From: Aeromicrobium sp.
GTDB taxonomy: Bacteria; Actinomycetota; Actinomycetes; Propionibacteriales; Nocardioidaceae
Assembly: GCA_008017265.1 (NCBI GenBank)
Contig: SSHC01000022.1
Location: 3,194-67,193, forward strand
Reading direction: 5' to 3'
Length of the DNA: 64,000 bases
How positions within the stretch are numbered: position 1 is the stretch's first letter; each line of letters starts with the position of its first letter. Both the position numbers and the translations under genes were made by a program. The notes under the pieces were generated by a model. It was given only the letters and a program-made list of their open reading frames with translations, was not told the origin of the DNA and searched no databases. Below, piece after piece: positions 29,512 to 39,608 of this stretch.

Positions 29512-30891
29512 CTACGGATGTAGTTGTTGCGCGAGCGACAGCAAGAGTGCGTCGTCACCCACGTGCGCTGCCAACATGATCCCGATTGGCAGCGCAGGCC
29601 GATCGACTATTGCGGGGCTTTCATAAAGCGGCAGGCTAACGGCAGGCTGCCCACTCATGTTCATGAGCGCCGTGTAGGGCGTAAACAGCAGTTCGCGGCG
29701 GTGGTCTTCAACAGGATCTCCGGATTCGGTAAACCATTCGTGCGGTTGCGGCGGGAGCGCCAAGGTTGGGGTCAAGAATGCGTCAAACTCGCGGAGACCA
29801 GCCAATACCGACGAGGTCGTCGTCTCGATAAACGACATCGCAGCCGCCAACTGAGGCGCGCTTGCTTCCTGGCCGCGCTTGAACCAGTACTGGGTGTTCG
29901 GTCGCAGCATCGTCACGAACTCCGGCGGGATGGGTGCGGCCGCCATTCCAGCAGACCACACGATATTGAACTGCGGTTCCAGTTCAGCAGGCCAGGGATT
30001 ATCGATCTCGACAACTGTGTGGCCGAGTGCCTCAAGTCGCTCTCGTGCGTGCGCGACAGCGGCGAGCGCCTCTGGCGATGCACCCACAAATTCGAGATAC
30101 GGCTTCGTCCAGGTGGCGATGGTTAACGGTTCGGGGACTTCGCGGAGCGCCTGAACAAAGGGTTCGGCGGGTTTTGGCCACACGCGCGAATCGCCAGGCA
30201 TGGGCCGGGCCAGCACATCGAGAACCAGCGCGGCATCGCGGACCGTTTGAGTGAGCGCACCGTCTGTGGTGAGTCCGTTCCATAGCGCAGATTCGGGCCC
30301 GTTGGAAACGCGACCACGGCTGGGCTTGAACCCAACTACACCGCAACAACTGGCCGGGATGCGTATCGAACCACCGCCGTCAGAAGCGAGGGCGAGAGGC
30401 ACGAGTCCAGCGCTAACCGCAGCCGCTGCACCCCCACTTGAACCGCCGGCATTCCGGCTGGGGTCGTCCGGAGTTCGGGCCGGACCGATGATGTCGTTGT
30501 CGGTATACGAGCTGAGCCCGAACTCAGGAGTGTTCGTCTTGCCGAGGCTGATGAATCCCGCCTGCTCCATCAACTCAACGACCCACGCGTCACGAGTTGG
30601 AACGTTGTCTGCCAAGAGAACCGAACCCATAGTGGTACGGATTCCGGCCGTGGGCGTGAGGTCCTTGACCGCGAATGGGACGCCCGCGAAAGTGGGGCGC
30701 TCGGTCATGGCTGTGGCGTCGACCGCTGCGGCTTGAGCAAGGGCACGCTCGGCCGTCACCGTGATGAAGGCGTTGTGGGAGTCAGTGCTGATGCGGTTAA
30801 GAAAATGCTGGGCCACTTCGACGCAAGAGACATCTTCAGCGCTAATCGCTGCGGAAAGTTCATGCGCGTCCAGTTCATGCAGTTCGGCCAT
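29512..30891 (-). CDS. Amidase signature family protein
   Basis: GKTNTPEFG, GGSSGG, SDGGGSIRIPAS. Confidence 0.92.
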   Translation of the reverse strand: MAELHELDAHELSAAISAEDVSCVEVAQHFLNRISTDSHNAFITVTAERALAQAAAVDATAMTERPTFAGVPFAVKDLTPTAGIRTTMGSVLLADNVPTRDAWVVELMEQAGFISLGKTNTPEFGLSSYTDNDIIGPARTPDDPSRNAGGSSGGAAAAVSAGLVPLALASDGGGSIRIPASCCGVVGFKPSRGRVSNGPESALWNGLTTDGALTQTVRDAALVLDVLARPMPGDSRVWPKPAEPFVQALREVPEPLTIATWTKPYLEFVGASPEALAAVAHARERLEALGHTVVEIDNPWPAELEPQFNIVWSAGMAAAPIPPEFVTMLRPNTQYWFKRGQEASAPQLAAAMSFIETTTSSVLAGLREFDAFLTPTLALPPQPHEWFTESGDPVEDHRRELLFTPYTALMNMSGQPAVSLPLYESPAIVDRPALPIGIMLAAHVGDDALLLSLAQQLHP

Positions 30892-30998
30892 GAACCTACT
30901 GTGGCACTAAAACGCACTTAGCGCACCGGATGGGACGAGTACTTCGACGTCTACTTAGCTTCCGCGACTTCACGCTCGATTTCTGGAATGATCCAACT

Positions 30999-32447
30999 AT
31001 GTCTTCAGCACTGGATAGCTATTTCAAAATTAGTGAGCGCGGTTCGACTGTTGCTCAAGAAGTTCGAGGCGGGCTCGTCACGTTCTTGACGATGGCATAC
31101 ATCGTGGTCCTCAATCCCTTGATCCTTGGCGGAGTCGCAGACGCTGACGGAAACTTCCTCGGCGGCGGGTCTGAGCCAATGTCGGGCGCAGCGATGATTG
31201 CTGCAACTACCGCGCTCGTCGCCGGAATCCTGACGATCCTGATGGGTGTCGTGGCGAACTTCCCGCTCGCCATCGCTACCGGACTCGGATTGAACGCGTT
31301 TTTGGCGTATTCAGTCGCGAGCCAGATGACCTGGGCCGACGCGATGGGACTCATCGTGCTGGAAGGCCTGATCATCTTGGTGCTGGTGTTAACCGGCTTC
31401 CGTAAGGCCGTGTTTGACGCGGTGCCCGCTCAACTTAAGACAGCAATCGCGGTTGGTATCGGCCTGTTCTTGACCATCATCGCGCTTGTCGACGCTGGTT
31501 TCGTGCGTGCGACCGGCAATGCGGCCCCACCAATCGGCATGGGTATTGGCGGCAGCCTCAGCGGCTGGCCCGTATTCGTGTTCTGTATTGGTCTGTTGCT
31601 GATGATCAGCCTGCACGCGCGCAAGGTCCCCGGCGCGATCTTGATCGGCATCACCGCGACCACCATTCTGGCAATCATCGTTGAAGCGATCACCAAGACT
31701 GGCCCTTCATTCACAGCGGATGGACCAAATCCCAAGGGCTGGAACTTGACGGTCCCAGAGTTGCCCGAGGCGCTTTTCGCCGTCCCGGATTTCTCGCTCG
31801 TCGGAAACTTCAACCTCTTTGGTTCCTTTGAGCGCGTGGGTGTCGTTGCTGCCAGCTTGCTCGTCTTCACACTGTTGTTGGCTGACTTCTTCGACACGAT
31901 GGGCACCATGACGGCTGTGGGTGCCGAAGCTGGGCTCAACACCGAAGAAGGTGGCGCACCCGAGGGTTCGCAAAAGATCTTGATCGTCGACTCGATCGCT
32001 GCTGCTGTGGGCGGTATGGCAGGTATCTCGAGCAACACGTCCTATGCCGAATCGACTGCTGGTGTTGCGGACGGTGCTCGTACGGGCTTGGCGAGTGTCG
32101 TCACCGGAATTTGCTTCCTCGCGATCACCTTCATCACCCCGATTGTGGGAATCGTTCCGAAGGAAGCGGCTGTTGCGGCACTCGTGCTCGTGGGCTTCTT
32201 GATGATGACCCAGATCGTCGACATTGATTGGAAAGCACCTGAAATCGCCATCCCGGCGTTCCTCACGATCGTGATCATGCCGTTCACTTATTCGGTGGCT
32301 GCGGGCATCGGCGCAGGCTTCCTCGCCTACGTCGTGTTGCACGTCGTGGTCGGCAAGATCAAAGAAATCCACCTGCTCATGTGGCTCGTCGGCGCACTGT
32401 TTGTGGTGTACTTCGCGATCGATCCGATCAGCCGGTGGTTTACCTGA
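30999..32447 (+). CDS. NCS2/AzgA-family purine permease
   Basis: TFLTMAYIVVLNP, GLGLNAF, DFFDTMGT, YAES..G..DGARTG. Start at MSSALD. Confidence 0.9.
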   Translation: MSSALDSYFKISERGSTVAQEVRGGLVTFLTMAYIVVLNPLILGGVADADGNFLGGGSEPMSGAAMIAATTALVAGILTILMGVVANFPLAIATGLGLNAFLAYSVASQMTWADAMGLIVLEGLIILVLVLTGFRKAVFDAVPAQLKTAIAVGIGLFLTIIALVDAGFVRATGNAAPPIGMGIGGSLSGWPVFVFCIGLLLMISLHARKVPGAILIGITATTILAIIVEAITKTGPSFTADGPNPKGWNLTVPELPEALFAVPDFSLVGNFNLFGSFERVGVVAASLLVFTLLLADFFDTMGTMTAVGAEAGLNTEEGGAPEGSQKILIVDSIAAAVGGMAGISSNTSYAESTAGVADGARTGLASVVTGICFLAITFITPIVGIVPKEAAVAALVLVGFLMMTQIVDIDWKAPEIAIPAFLTIVIMPFTYSVAAGIGAGFLAYVVLHVVVGKIKEIHLLMWLVGALFVVYFAIDPISRWFT

Positions 32448-32453
32448 GTGGAT

Positions 32454-32900
32454 TTAGCCCACGGGTGGGCCGAGCAGCAACGCCACCCCGGTGAGTGCTG
32501 CTACGGCCACCACTCCGACCCCGAGGCCTTGAAGTGGTTTGGTGATGAGCCAAGCGCTGAGGCGCTCGAACAGGTTCTGTGGAGGCGCGATTGCCAGTCG
32601 CCAGGCGTTGGCGAGGGCACCGCGCTTTTCCATTGCCAGATCGAACCACACAGTGAAGAACGGTGGGATTGCCGAGGCGAGGCCGAGCGAGATGCGTTTA
32701 ACGCTCCACTTGGCGTCAATGCCCACCAGCACGGTCACGAGACAGTAGGCAATGAACACGACACCGTGAATCATGCCGCCAATCCGCACCCCCAGTTCGG
32801 TGGTTTCGGTGACGTATTTCAGGAACATTCCGGTGAGCAACATGGCCCAGGTGATGGCTTCAGCGACAGCAACGATCCGGAACAGGTGGCGTGGAGACAT
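32454..32900 (-). CDS. DUF3817 membrane protein
   Basis: FRIVAVAEAITW..LL.GMFLKY, G.IHG..FIAY, ASAIPPF. Confidence 0.85.
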   Translation of the reverse strand: MSPRHLFRIVAVAEAITWAMLLTGMFLKYVTETTELGVRIGGMIHGVVFIAYCLVTVLVGIDAKWSVKRISLGLASAIPPFFTVWFDLAMEKRGALANAWRLAIAPPQNLFERLSAWLITKPLQGLGVGVVAVAALTGVALLLGPPVG

Positions 32901-33081
32901 GACTCCATAATGCAAGGCCGCCACAACCGCGGTTCGCGGGGTGCGTCGGCGCACGCTTGGCTGACGTGATGGCTGTGGACGACGTCTGTGCTGGGGGTGA
33001 AACTCTGGCATTGTCTAGTCGGTCGGGCGATACTGGGAGGGTGATCGAGTCAATGCGCAGATCGCGGGGCTTCGTGGCGAA

Positions 33082-33195
33082 ATGAACGCGAAGTTCGCGG
33101 TGGTTGATGTGAAATTCGATCGAATGGATGATCGTTTCGACCACTTGGATCGTGACGTTCAAGCCATCAGCCGTCGCGTTTTCCCCGACATGTGA
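33082..33195 (+). pseudogene. Short coiled-coil protein fragment or 37-aa ORF
   Basis: MNAKFAVVDVKFDRMDDRFDHLDRDVQAISRRVFPDM*. The heptad pattern continues upstream (RVNAQIAGLRGE) but reaches an in-frame TAG with no start codon. Confidence 0.45.
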
Positions 33196-33248
33196 CGAAG
33201 CAAGCACCGAATCTATAGCGTGGGCGAACGACTTGAGTTCGTCGCCGC

Positions 33249-34196
33249 ATGAACCGCATGACCACGCCGCCCACATATGATTCTTGGGTGGCAACTCCCA
33301 AAGTAATCCTTTATTACGCATTCGCACCGTTGGCCGACCCAGAAGCGGTAAAACATTGGCAACTGGCCTTATGCCAGAGCCTCGGTTTGCGGGGCCGCAT
33401 CATCGTGTCCAAACACGGAATCAACGGCACGCTCGGTGGAGACGTCATCGAACTCAAGAAGTACGTTCGTGCACTCAAGGCGTACACGCCCTTCAAGCGC
33501 ACCGAAATCAAATGGAGCGAAGGCGAAGCGCTCGCCGACGGTTCGACAGCACTCTTCCCGCGACTGAGCGTTAAGGTGCGGCCTGAACTCGTAGCCTTCG
33601 ATGCTCCAGATGAGATCGAAGTAGACGCCAACGGAATCGTGGGCGGCGGAACGCACCTGAGCCCACAAGAATTGCACGAACTCGTCGAATCGAAAGACGT
33701 TGTCTTCTTTGACGGTCGAAACTACCTTGAATCGGAGATCGGTCGGTTCAAGGGAGCGATCCGGCCTAAAGTAAACACGACTCGAGAGTTCCTCGACCTG
33801 ATCGATTCGGGAATCTACGACGACCTCAAAGACAAGCCACTCGTCACCTACTGCACGGGCGGGATCCGTTGCGAAGTACTGACGCCATTACTCAAGAAGC
33901 GTGGCTTCAACGAGGTGTATCAAATTGACGGCGGGATCGTGCGCTACGGCGAAGCCTTCGGAGATAGCGGCCTCTGGGAAGGCTCGCTCTACGTGTTCGA
34001 TGGCCGTATGCAAATGGACTTCAGTAACGACACTGCCGTCATCGGCACCTGTGATCAGTGCGGAGACTCAACCAAACATGTCGGTGACTGTGTAGACGAA
34101 CGGTGCGTTGGGCAATTCGTTCGATGTGAAGCTTGTTGTGAAAAGAACAGTGGCTGCATTGAGAAACATGCAGGCCAGGTCGCAACTGTGAACTGA
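33249..34196 (+). CDS. trhO: Rhodanese-family tRNA uridine(34) hydroxylase TrhO/YceA
   Basis: LRGRIIVSKHGINGT, DGRNYLE..IGRF, YCTGGIRCE, GGIVRY, WEGSLYVFD.R. Confidence 0.9.
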   Translation: MNRMTTPPTYDSWVATPKVILYYAFAPLADPEAVKHWQLALCQSLGLRGRIIVSKHGINGTLGGDVIELKKYVRALKAYTPFKRTEIKWSEGEALADGSTALFPRLSVKVRPELVAFDAPDEIEVDANGIVGGGTHLSPQELHELVESKDVVFFDGRNYLESEIGRFKGAIRPKVNTTREFLDLIDSGIYDDLKDKPLVTYCTGGIRCEVLTPLLKKRGFNEVYQIDGGIVRYGEAFGDSGLWEGSLYVFDGRMQMDFSNDTAVIGTCDQCGDSTKHVGDCVDERCVGQFVRCEACCEKNSGCIEKHAGQVATVN

Positions 34197-34217
34197 GATT
34201 GGACCAGTGCTCGGGAG

Positions 34218-34829
34218 TCATGCGCTCGGCTGTTCGTTTCCGGACTCTAGTTCGACTTCCTCACGCAAAAGTGGTGGCGTCGTGAGTTCGGGATTGATGC
34301 CTACCTTGTCGGCGTAAAACGAGCGCACGATATCCATGTCGGCTTTGACGTCATCGCTCGGATAGAACGTCGGACCCCAGCCAGTCGTGCGGGTGGTCTT
34401 GTCGACATAGGCCAGTGAGATCGGCATGCCAGTTTCGATCGCGAGCCGTCGAAAACCTGACTTCCAATACGTCCCCTTTGATCGCGTGCCCTCGGCCGCG
34501 AGTGCCAAATGGAAAGTGCCGTCAGAACTCTTGGCTTCTTCAACCAGTTGCCGTACCGTCTCGCGAGGGTTTTTCCGATCGAGTGCCACGGCTCCCGTTG
34601 CTTTCAAAATCCATGAGAAAGGCGGAATGAAAAGCTCTTGCTTCACCATGAGCCTCGGCTGGATGTTCGATGTCCACGTGAGCGCAAGCGTGGCTGGCCA
34701 ATCCCAATTTGATGTGTGTGGAGCGCCCACCAAAATCCCACTCGGTGGCGGATCGCCTGCGGTCTTCCAGCCGAAAGCTTTGAGCATGAGCTTAGCCAGG
34801 TTCCTGCGGATGAAGAACTTACGAGACAT
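34218..34829 (-). CDS. 1-acyl-sn-glycerol-3-phosphate acyltransferase family
   Basis: APHTSNWD (HxxxxD) and AAEGTRS. Start at MSRKFF. Confidence 0.88.
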   Translation of the reverse strand: MSRKFFIRRNLAKLMLKAFGWKTAGDPPPSGILVGAPHTSNWDWPATLALTWTSNIQPRLMVKQELFIPPFSWILKATGAVALDRKNPRETVRQLVEEAKSSDGTFHLALAAEGTRSKGTYWKSGFRRLAIETGMPISLAYVDKTTRTTGWGPTFYPSDDVKADMDIVRSFYADKVGINPELTTPPLLREEVELESGNEQPSA

Positions 34830-34854
34830 GCCGATACGGTATCGGGGCCGTGGC

Positions 34855-35553
34855 TCAGGCTGCCTCTTGACCCGCCGAGAGGCAGGCTTGATATCGAGCC
34901 AAGACAAGATCGAGCAATCCTGCGGGTGCCGATGCGGTCAAGAGTGGTTCGGTCACAAAGTCGCTTTCGCAGCGCAGAACTTGATCGTAGAAGTGCCCCG
35001 GCGCCAGTAGGTAAGTCGAAACGAAAACGTTTCCAGATTCCAGCGCTTGAAGGCTGCGCACGACATCGTGAAGATTGCGTCCGTGGCCGCCGAGATGACC
35101 GAGGTGCACGCTCGTCCCAAGCACGTTCGACAGGTAAAGCGCTGCTTGAGCAACGTCATGCATCGCCCGTTCTTGCGATGAACCCGAAGCGGCGAACACG
35201 ACATGGTCGTTGCGAGTAAGTCCGCGTTCAAGAAGTTGGTGTGCTGCTTGGCGGGCAAGTGAAATGCTCGGGCCAAGGGGCTTAGCAACCGTGACATGCA
35301 GATGGCGTGCCGCGATCGTGGCGATGTCGTGGTTGACGTGATAGCCAGAAGACAATAACAACGGGACGACAACGCTAGGTTCCGGATTCTGGCTCAGAAC
35401 CTCATCGAGTTGGTGTGCTTCGACGTCGACGACCGCACGAATCACGCGAGCCCCGTCGAGTCGATTCTGCAGGGTATTCGCGAACCGTCGAATAACTTCT
35501 TGGCCGCGTTGGTCGGCAGTTCCGTGGCTGCACAAAACAAGATTCGGTTCCAT
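34855..35553 (-). CDS. Sirohydrochlorin ferrochelatase (SirB/CbiX family)
   Basis: CSHGT, VVVPLLLSSGYHVNHDI, YLLAPGHF. Last gene of the nir cluster. Confidence 0.82.
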   Translation of the reverse strand: MEPNLVLCSHGTADQRGQEVIRRFANTLQNRLDGARVIRAVVDVEAHQLDEVLSQNPEPSVVVPLLLSSGYHVNHDIATIAARHLHVTVAKPLGPSISLARQAAHQLLERGLTRNDHVVFAASGSSQERAMHDVAQAALYLSNVLGTSVHLGHLGGHGRNLHDVVRSLQALESGNVFVSTYLLAPGHFYDQVLRCESDFVTEPLLTASAPAGLLDLVLARYQACLSAGQEAA

Positions 35554-35561
35554 GTTTGCTC

Positions 35562-36677
35562 CTAGGGTTCGATGACTGCGAGTTGGTATCCGCGTTTTGT
35601 CACAGTTCGGACAGGGCACGAATCGCCCATGGCGCGTCGCATGCGCGCAATGGTCACTTCGGCTGCGTGCGGGTCGGTCGAGTTGTTGGGGAGCACGTCT
35701 AGTACTTCGTGACGCGAAAACACATGCCCGGGCTTTGAGGCGAGAAGTCGCAACACTTCGAGTCCGGCGGGGGTGGTTGGAACGATGTCGCGATCGAGGG
35801 TTGCTGCGCTGGCATGCACGCGCAGTTCGCCAGCCGTCGTAATTGTTGACGGTGGTCGTTTACTGAGTTGCTCGGTGAGCGCTTTGATCAAGGAACCGAG
35901 TCGGCTTCGATCTGGGATGAGAGGGGCGAATCCGGCGTTGACGAGTGGCTTCGCCGTGACCGGACCAATGGCAGCCAAGTGGAGGCGTCCCTGCAGTTCG
36001 GCGATGCGAGCGTTGGTGAGGTCGCCGCGTTCGATGACCGATTGCAGCCAGGTCTGTGATGCGAATGCTGAGGTAAAAACGACGGCATCAAAGCGGCCTT
36101 GCGCCATTTCGCTCATCGCGCGATCAAGGTTCTCACTTTCAGGAAGCGGATCGCAGGAGTAGGCCGAGAGATCCGTAACGATGGCGCCAGCATCGCGCAG
36201 GTGTTCGCTTGCTGCCGCGTCGTGTGCTCCGTGGTGTTGAATGACGATCCGTTTTCCGGCAACTCCGCCACTCGACACGAGCGCGACAAGCTCAGTCAGC
36301 GTTTCGGAGTTGGTGACTAGGCTCGGAAGGAGGCCAGCAGCCCGGACCGTTCCGTGCGCTTTCGCACCGCGCACCACGATTTGGGTGCTGTGAAGCGCCT
36401 CGATGAGCGGCTCGGCAAGTCCAGCGGCATCGGCCATGTCAAGCCAATTGCGCCAGCCGATTCCTGTCGTCACGATGAGGAAATCTGGTGGATCCTCAAT
36501 CATGGCGCGCGTCACCGTGACGAGATGGGACTCGTCGAAAAGCGGGTTGAAACCAACAATCGGCGTGAGTTCGACGTTCGCGCCACGCCGAGTGAGGGGC
36601 AGAGCTAGGTCCTCGGCACGCCGTTGTGCCGTGACCCAGATCCGCACCCCAGTTAGTTCTTGACTGGCCTGACTCAT
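35562..36677 (-). CDS. nnaR: HemD-like domain plus winged-helix regulator, NnaR type
   Basis: TAQRRA, TTGIG, RGAKA, FTSA, IGPVTA HemD-like domain and a C-terminal OmpR-type wHTH (HAAEVTIARMR..TVTKRGY), located inside the nirBD cluster. Confidence 0.8.
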   Translation of the reverse strand: MSQASQELTGVRIWVTAQRRAEDLALPLTRRGANVELTPIVGFNPLFDESHLVTVTRAMIEDPPDFLIVTTGIGWRNWLDMADAAGLAEPLIEALHSTQIVVRGAKAHGTVRAAGLLPSLVTNSETLTELVALVSSGGVAGKRIVIQHHGAHDAAASEHLRDAGAIVTDLSAYSCDPLPESENLDRAMSEMAQGRFDAVVFTSAFASQTWLQSVIERGDLTNARIAELQGRLHLAAIGPVTAKPLVNAGFAPLIPDRSRLGSLIKALTEQLSKRPPSTITTAGELRVHASAATLDRDIVPTTPAGLEVLRLLASKPGHVFSRHEVLDVLPNNSTDPHAAEVTIARMRRAMGDSCPVRTVTKRGYQLAVIEP

Positions 36678-37018
36678 GCGCCGATCGCGCGCACGTGGAT
36701 AACGCCGTCAATGTCACGTGAATCCCAAGATTCGAGTTTCACGCCAGGGTGATCGAGGGCCTCGCCGGTGCGCAAGTCGAACACTTGCTTGTACACGGGA
36801 GAGGTGATGGTGGGTACGTCGCCGCGATTGCCAACAATGCCGCGGGCCATCACGTTCGCGCCACTGAACGGATCGCGGTGGCCAACGGCATACAGTTCGC
36901 CGCAGGCGAGCTTGAAGAGCGCGACTTGGTGGTGACCTTCGTCGCTCGCGACGAGGGCGGCTGCGCCACGTTCGGTGCTGAGTGAGTTGGTGTGGCAGAT
37001 CGGTGTCCAGGTGCTCAT
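36674..37018 (-). CDS. nirD: Nitrite reductase small subunit
   Basis: ERGAAAL, DPFSGANVMARGIVG, SPVYKQVFDLRTG. Start at MSTWTP, overlapping the nirB stop. Confidence 0.92.
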   Translation of the reverse strand: MSTWTPICHTNSLSTERGAAALVASDEGHHQVALFKLACGELYAVGHRDPFSGANVMARGIVGNRGDVPTITSPVYKQVFDLRTGEALDHPGVKLESWDSRDIDGVIHVRAIGA

Positions 37019-39579
37019 GATTCTCTCCTTGGGATGACTGGTCCGGCGATGGTTACCGGGCCTTGGGGTGGAGCCGATGCTGGACGCCGTTGTCCTCGTT
37101 CGGTTTCGTAGTAAAGATCTGGGTCGGATGTTCCGGGCGCGTTGACGAAAGAGCTGAACTGCTTGAGTTTCTCGGGGTCGTTGAGGGTGTCGGCCCATTC
37201 GTCGGAGTACTGCTCGACATGACGCGCCATCATGGCGTCGAGTTCGTCGCCAATGCCGAGTGAGTCGTTGAGAACGACGTCGCGCACGTGTTCGATGCCA
37301 CCTTCGATCGCTTCGAGCCACGGTGCCGTCCGCTGCAGGCGATCCGCCGTGCGGATGTAGTACAGCAGGAACCGGTCGATCGCGCGAATGAGGTCCTCGT
37401 AACTGAGGTCTTCGGCAAACAGGACGGCGTGACGGGGCGTGAAGCCACCGTTGCCACCGACGTACATGTTCCAGCCTTTTTCGGTGGCGATGACGCCGAC
37501 GTCTTTGCTGCGAGCTTCGGCGCATTCGCGTGCGCAACCCGACACGCCTAACTTGAACTTGTGTGGGCCGCGCAGTCCGCGATAGCGAAGTTCGAGTTCG
37601 ACGGCCATGCCGACTGAGTCTTGAACGCCAAACCGGCACCAGGTGCTGCCTACGCAGGATTTCACGGTGCGCAGTGACTTGCCGTACGCGTGGCCGGACT
37701 CGAATCCCGCGTCGGTCAGTCGCTTCCAGATCTGTGGCAGTTGGTCGATCGTGGCGCCGAACATGTCGATGCGTTGACCGCCGGTGATCTTGGTGTACAA
37801 GTCGAAATCACGAGCCACCTCGCCGATGAGGATGAGCCCCTCAGGGGTGATCTCGCCGCCGGGAACGCGCGGCACCACCGAGTATGTGCCGTCCTTCTGC
37901 ATGTTGGCCATGAAGTGATCGTTGGTGTCTTGGAGCGCCGCGTTCTCACCCTCAAGCACGTGCCCGTGGCCAAGGCTGGACAAGATCGAAGCAACGACTG
38001 GGCGGCAAATATCGCAGCCGCGTCCGCTGCCGTGTTTGGCGATGATTTCACTGAACGTGGTCAGTCCGGTGATGCGGATGATCTCGTAGAGGTCGGCGCG
38101 CGTGTGGCTGAAGTGCTCACACAGCGACGTGTCGACGGTGATCCCGGCAGCCTTCAACTCGGTCTCGAGAATTGACTTCACGAGTGGTGTGCACGAACCG
38201 CATGCGGTGCCGGCGTTCGTGCAGGCTTTCAGTGAGCCGAGGTCGGTGCACGATTCTTCACAAATCGCTTTGCGAATTGAACCGGCGGTGACGTTGTTGC
38301 ACGAGCAGACGGTCGCTTCGTCCGGTAGCGAACCGAGAACGGGTGCTTCGCCTCCCGCGGGTGCTAGCCAGGCGGAAGGGTCGCTGCCGAGTTCCATGCC
38401 GACCATGGGCCGGAGGGAGGCGTAGGCGGACGCGTCGCCAACGAGGATTCCGCCGAGGAGGGTCGAGGCGTCGTCGCTCATGACGAGTTTCTTGTAGATG
38501 CCGGCGATCGGATCTGCGAGGACAACTTCAAGGCTTCCTGCTGTCGTGCCGAATGCGTCGCCAAAACTTGCCACGTCGACGCCGAGCAACTTGAGTTTGG
38601 TGGATTCGTCGCCGTCGGTGAAGGTGGCGTTGCCGTCAAGAAGTTGGTCGGCGACAACTTCGGCCATCGTGTAACCCGGGCCAACGAGCCCCCACACGCG
38701 ATCTTTGATGCACGCGACTTCGCCGATGGCATACACGCCGTCGTGGTTGGTGCGGCATTGGTCGTCGGTGAGAATTCCGCCTCGGGCATGGGTGTCAATG
38801 CCTGCGCTGGCGGCGAGTTCGTCGCAAGGGCGGACACCCGTCGCGAACACGACGATGTCGATGTCGCTTTGTGAGCCATCGCTGAAACTCATTCGGGAAA
38901 CGACACCGTGGTCGTTGGCGTGAATTTCAGAGGTGGCTGTGGACGTCACAACCGAGACGCCGAGTTTCTCGATAAGACGCTTGAGTGCTTCACCGCCGCC
39001 CGCATCAACCTGCAGCGGCATGAGGCGTTCGGCAAACTCCACCACGGTCGTGTCTACGTTGAGTTCGTGCAGGGCGCCGGCGGCTTCGAGACCGAGGAGG
39101 CCTCCACCAATGACGGCGCCACGCAATGGACGTCCGAGCTCTTCTGCTCGAATTTGCACCCATTCGCGAATGTCGACGACATCGTCGATCGTGCGGTACA
39201 CGAATGAACCAGGCAGGTCGCTACCAGCGACGGGCGGAACGAATGCCCGGGAGCCAGTCGCGATGACTAGCGCGTCGTAATCAATGTGTTCGCCGGCGCA
39301 TTCCACGGTGCGGGCCTCGTGGTTGATCGCTGTGATAGGCGATCGGGTCCGTAGCGAGACTCCGGCGGATTCCCATAGGTCTGCCGAGCCGAGGTAGAGC
39401 TCCTCGGCTGACGTCATGCCGAAGTAGGAGGTCAGTGCGACGCGGTCATACGGCCGGTGTGGTTCTTCCCCGAAGACTTCGATCGTCCAGGTAGCGGTGG
39501 CATCGCGTTCGACGAGAGCTTCGACCAAACGCTGGGCGACCATCCCGGCACCGACGACGACGAGTTTCTTCGGGTTCAT
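37015..39579 (-). CDS. nirB: NADH-dependent nitrite reductase large subunit
   Basis: GAGMV FAD motif, GGGLLGLEAA, CSCNNV/CGSC BFD clusters, KSCVGSTWCRFG and GCARECAEA siroheme ligands. Start at MNPKKL. Confidence 0.96.
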   Translation of the reverse strand: MNPKKLVVVGAGMVAQRLVEALVERDATATWTIEVFGEEPHRPYDRVALTSYFGMTSAEELYLGSADLWESAGVSLRTRSPITAINHEARTVECAGEHIDYDALVIATGSRAFVPPVAGSDLPGSFVYRTIDDVVDIREWVQIRAEELGRPLRGAVIGGGLLGLEAAGALHELNVDTTVVEFAERLMPLQVDAGGGEALKRLIEKLGVSVVTSTATSEIHANDHGVVSRMSFSDGSQSDIDIVVFATGVRPCDELAASAGIDTHARGGILTDDQCRTNHDGVYAIGEVACIKDRVWGLVGPGYTMAEVVADQLLDGNATFTDGDESTKLKLLGVDVASFGDAFGTTAGSLEVVLADPIAGIYKKLVMSDDASTLLGGILVGDASAYASLRPMVGMELGSDPSAWLAPAGGEAPVLGSLPDEATVCSCNNVTAGSIRKAICEESCTDLGSLKACTNAGTACGSCTPLVKSILETELKAAGITVDTSLCEHFSHTRADLYEIIRITGLTTFSEIIAKHGSGRGCDICRPVVASILSSLGHGHVLEGENAALQDTNDHFMANMQKDGTYSVVPRVPGGEITPEGLILIGEVARDFDLYTKITGGQRIDMFGATIDQLPQIWKRLTDAGFESGHAYGKSLRTVKSCVGSTWCRFGVQDSVGMAVELELRYRGLRGPHKFKLGVSGCARECAEARSKDVGVIATEKGWNMYVGGNGGFTPRHAVLFAEDLSYEDLIRAIDRFLLYYIRTADRLQRTAPWLEAIEGGIEHVRDVVLNDSLGIGDELDAMMARHVEQYSDEWADTLNDPEKLKQFSSFVNAPGTSDPDLYYETERGQRRPASAPPQGPVTIAGPVIPRRES

Positions 39580-39608
39580 TTCGCTGACTTCCTCACGTGT
39601 TCTTGTTG

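Noticed and set aside
37019-37639. Apparent 321-aa NirD (and 952-aa NirB) suggesting fusions or frameshifts
   Set aside because: Extensions are Arg-rich alternative frames of the upstream genes. Normal starts with RBS exist at 37018 and 39579.
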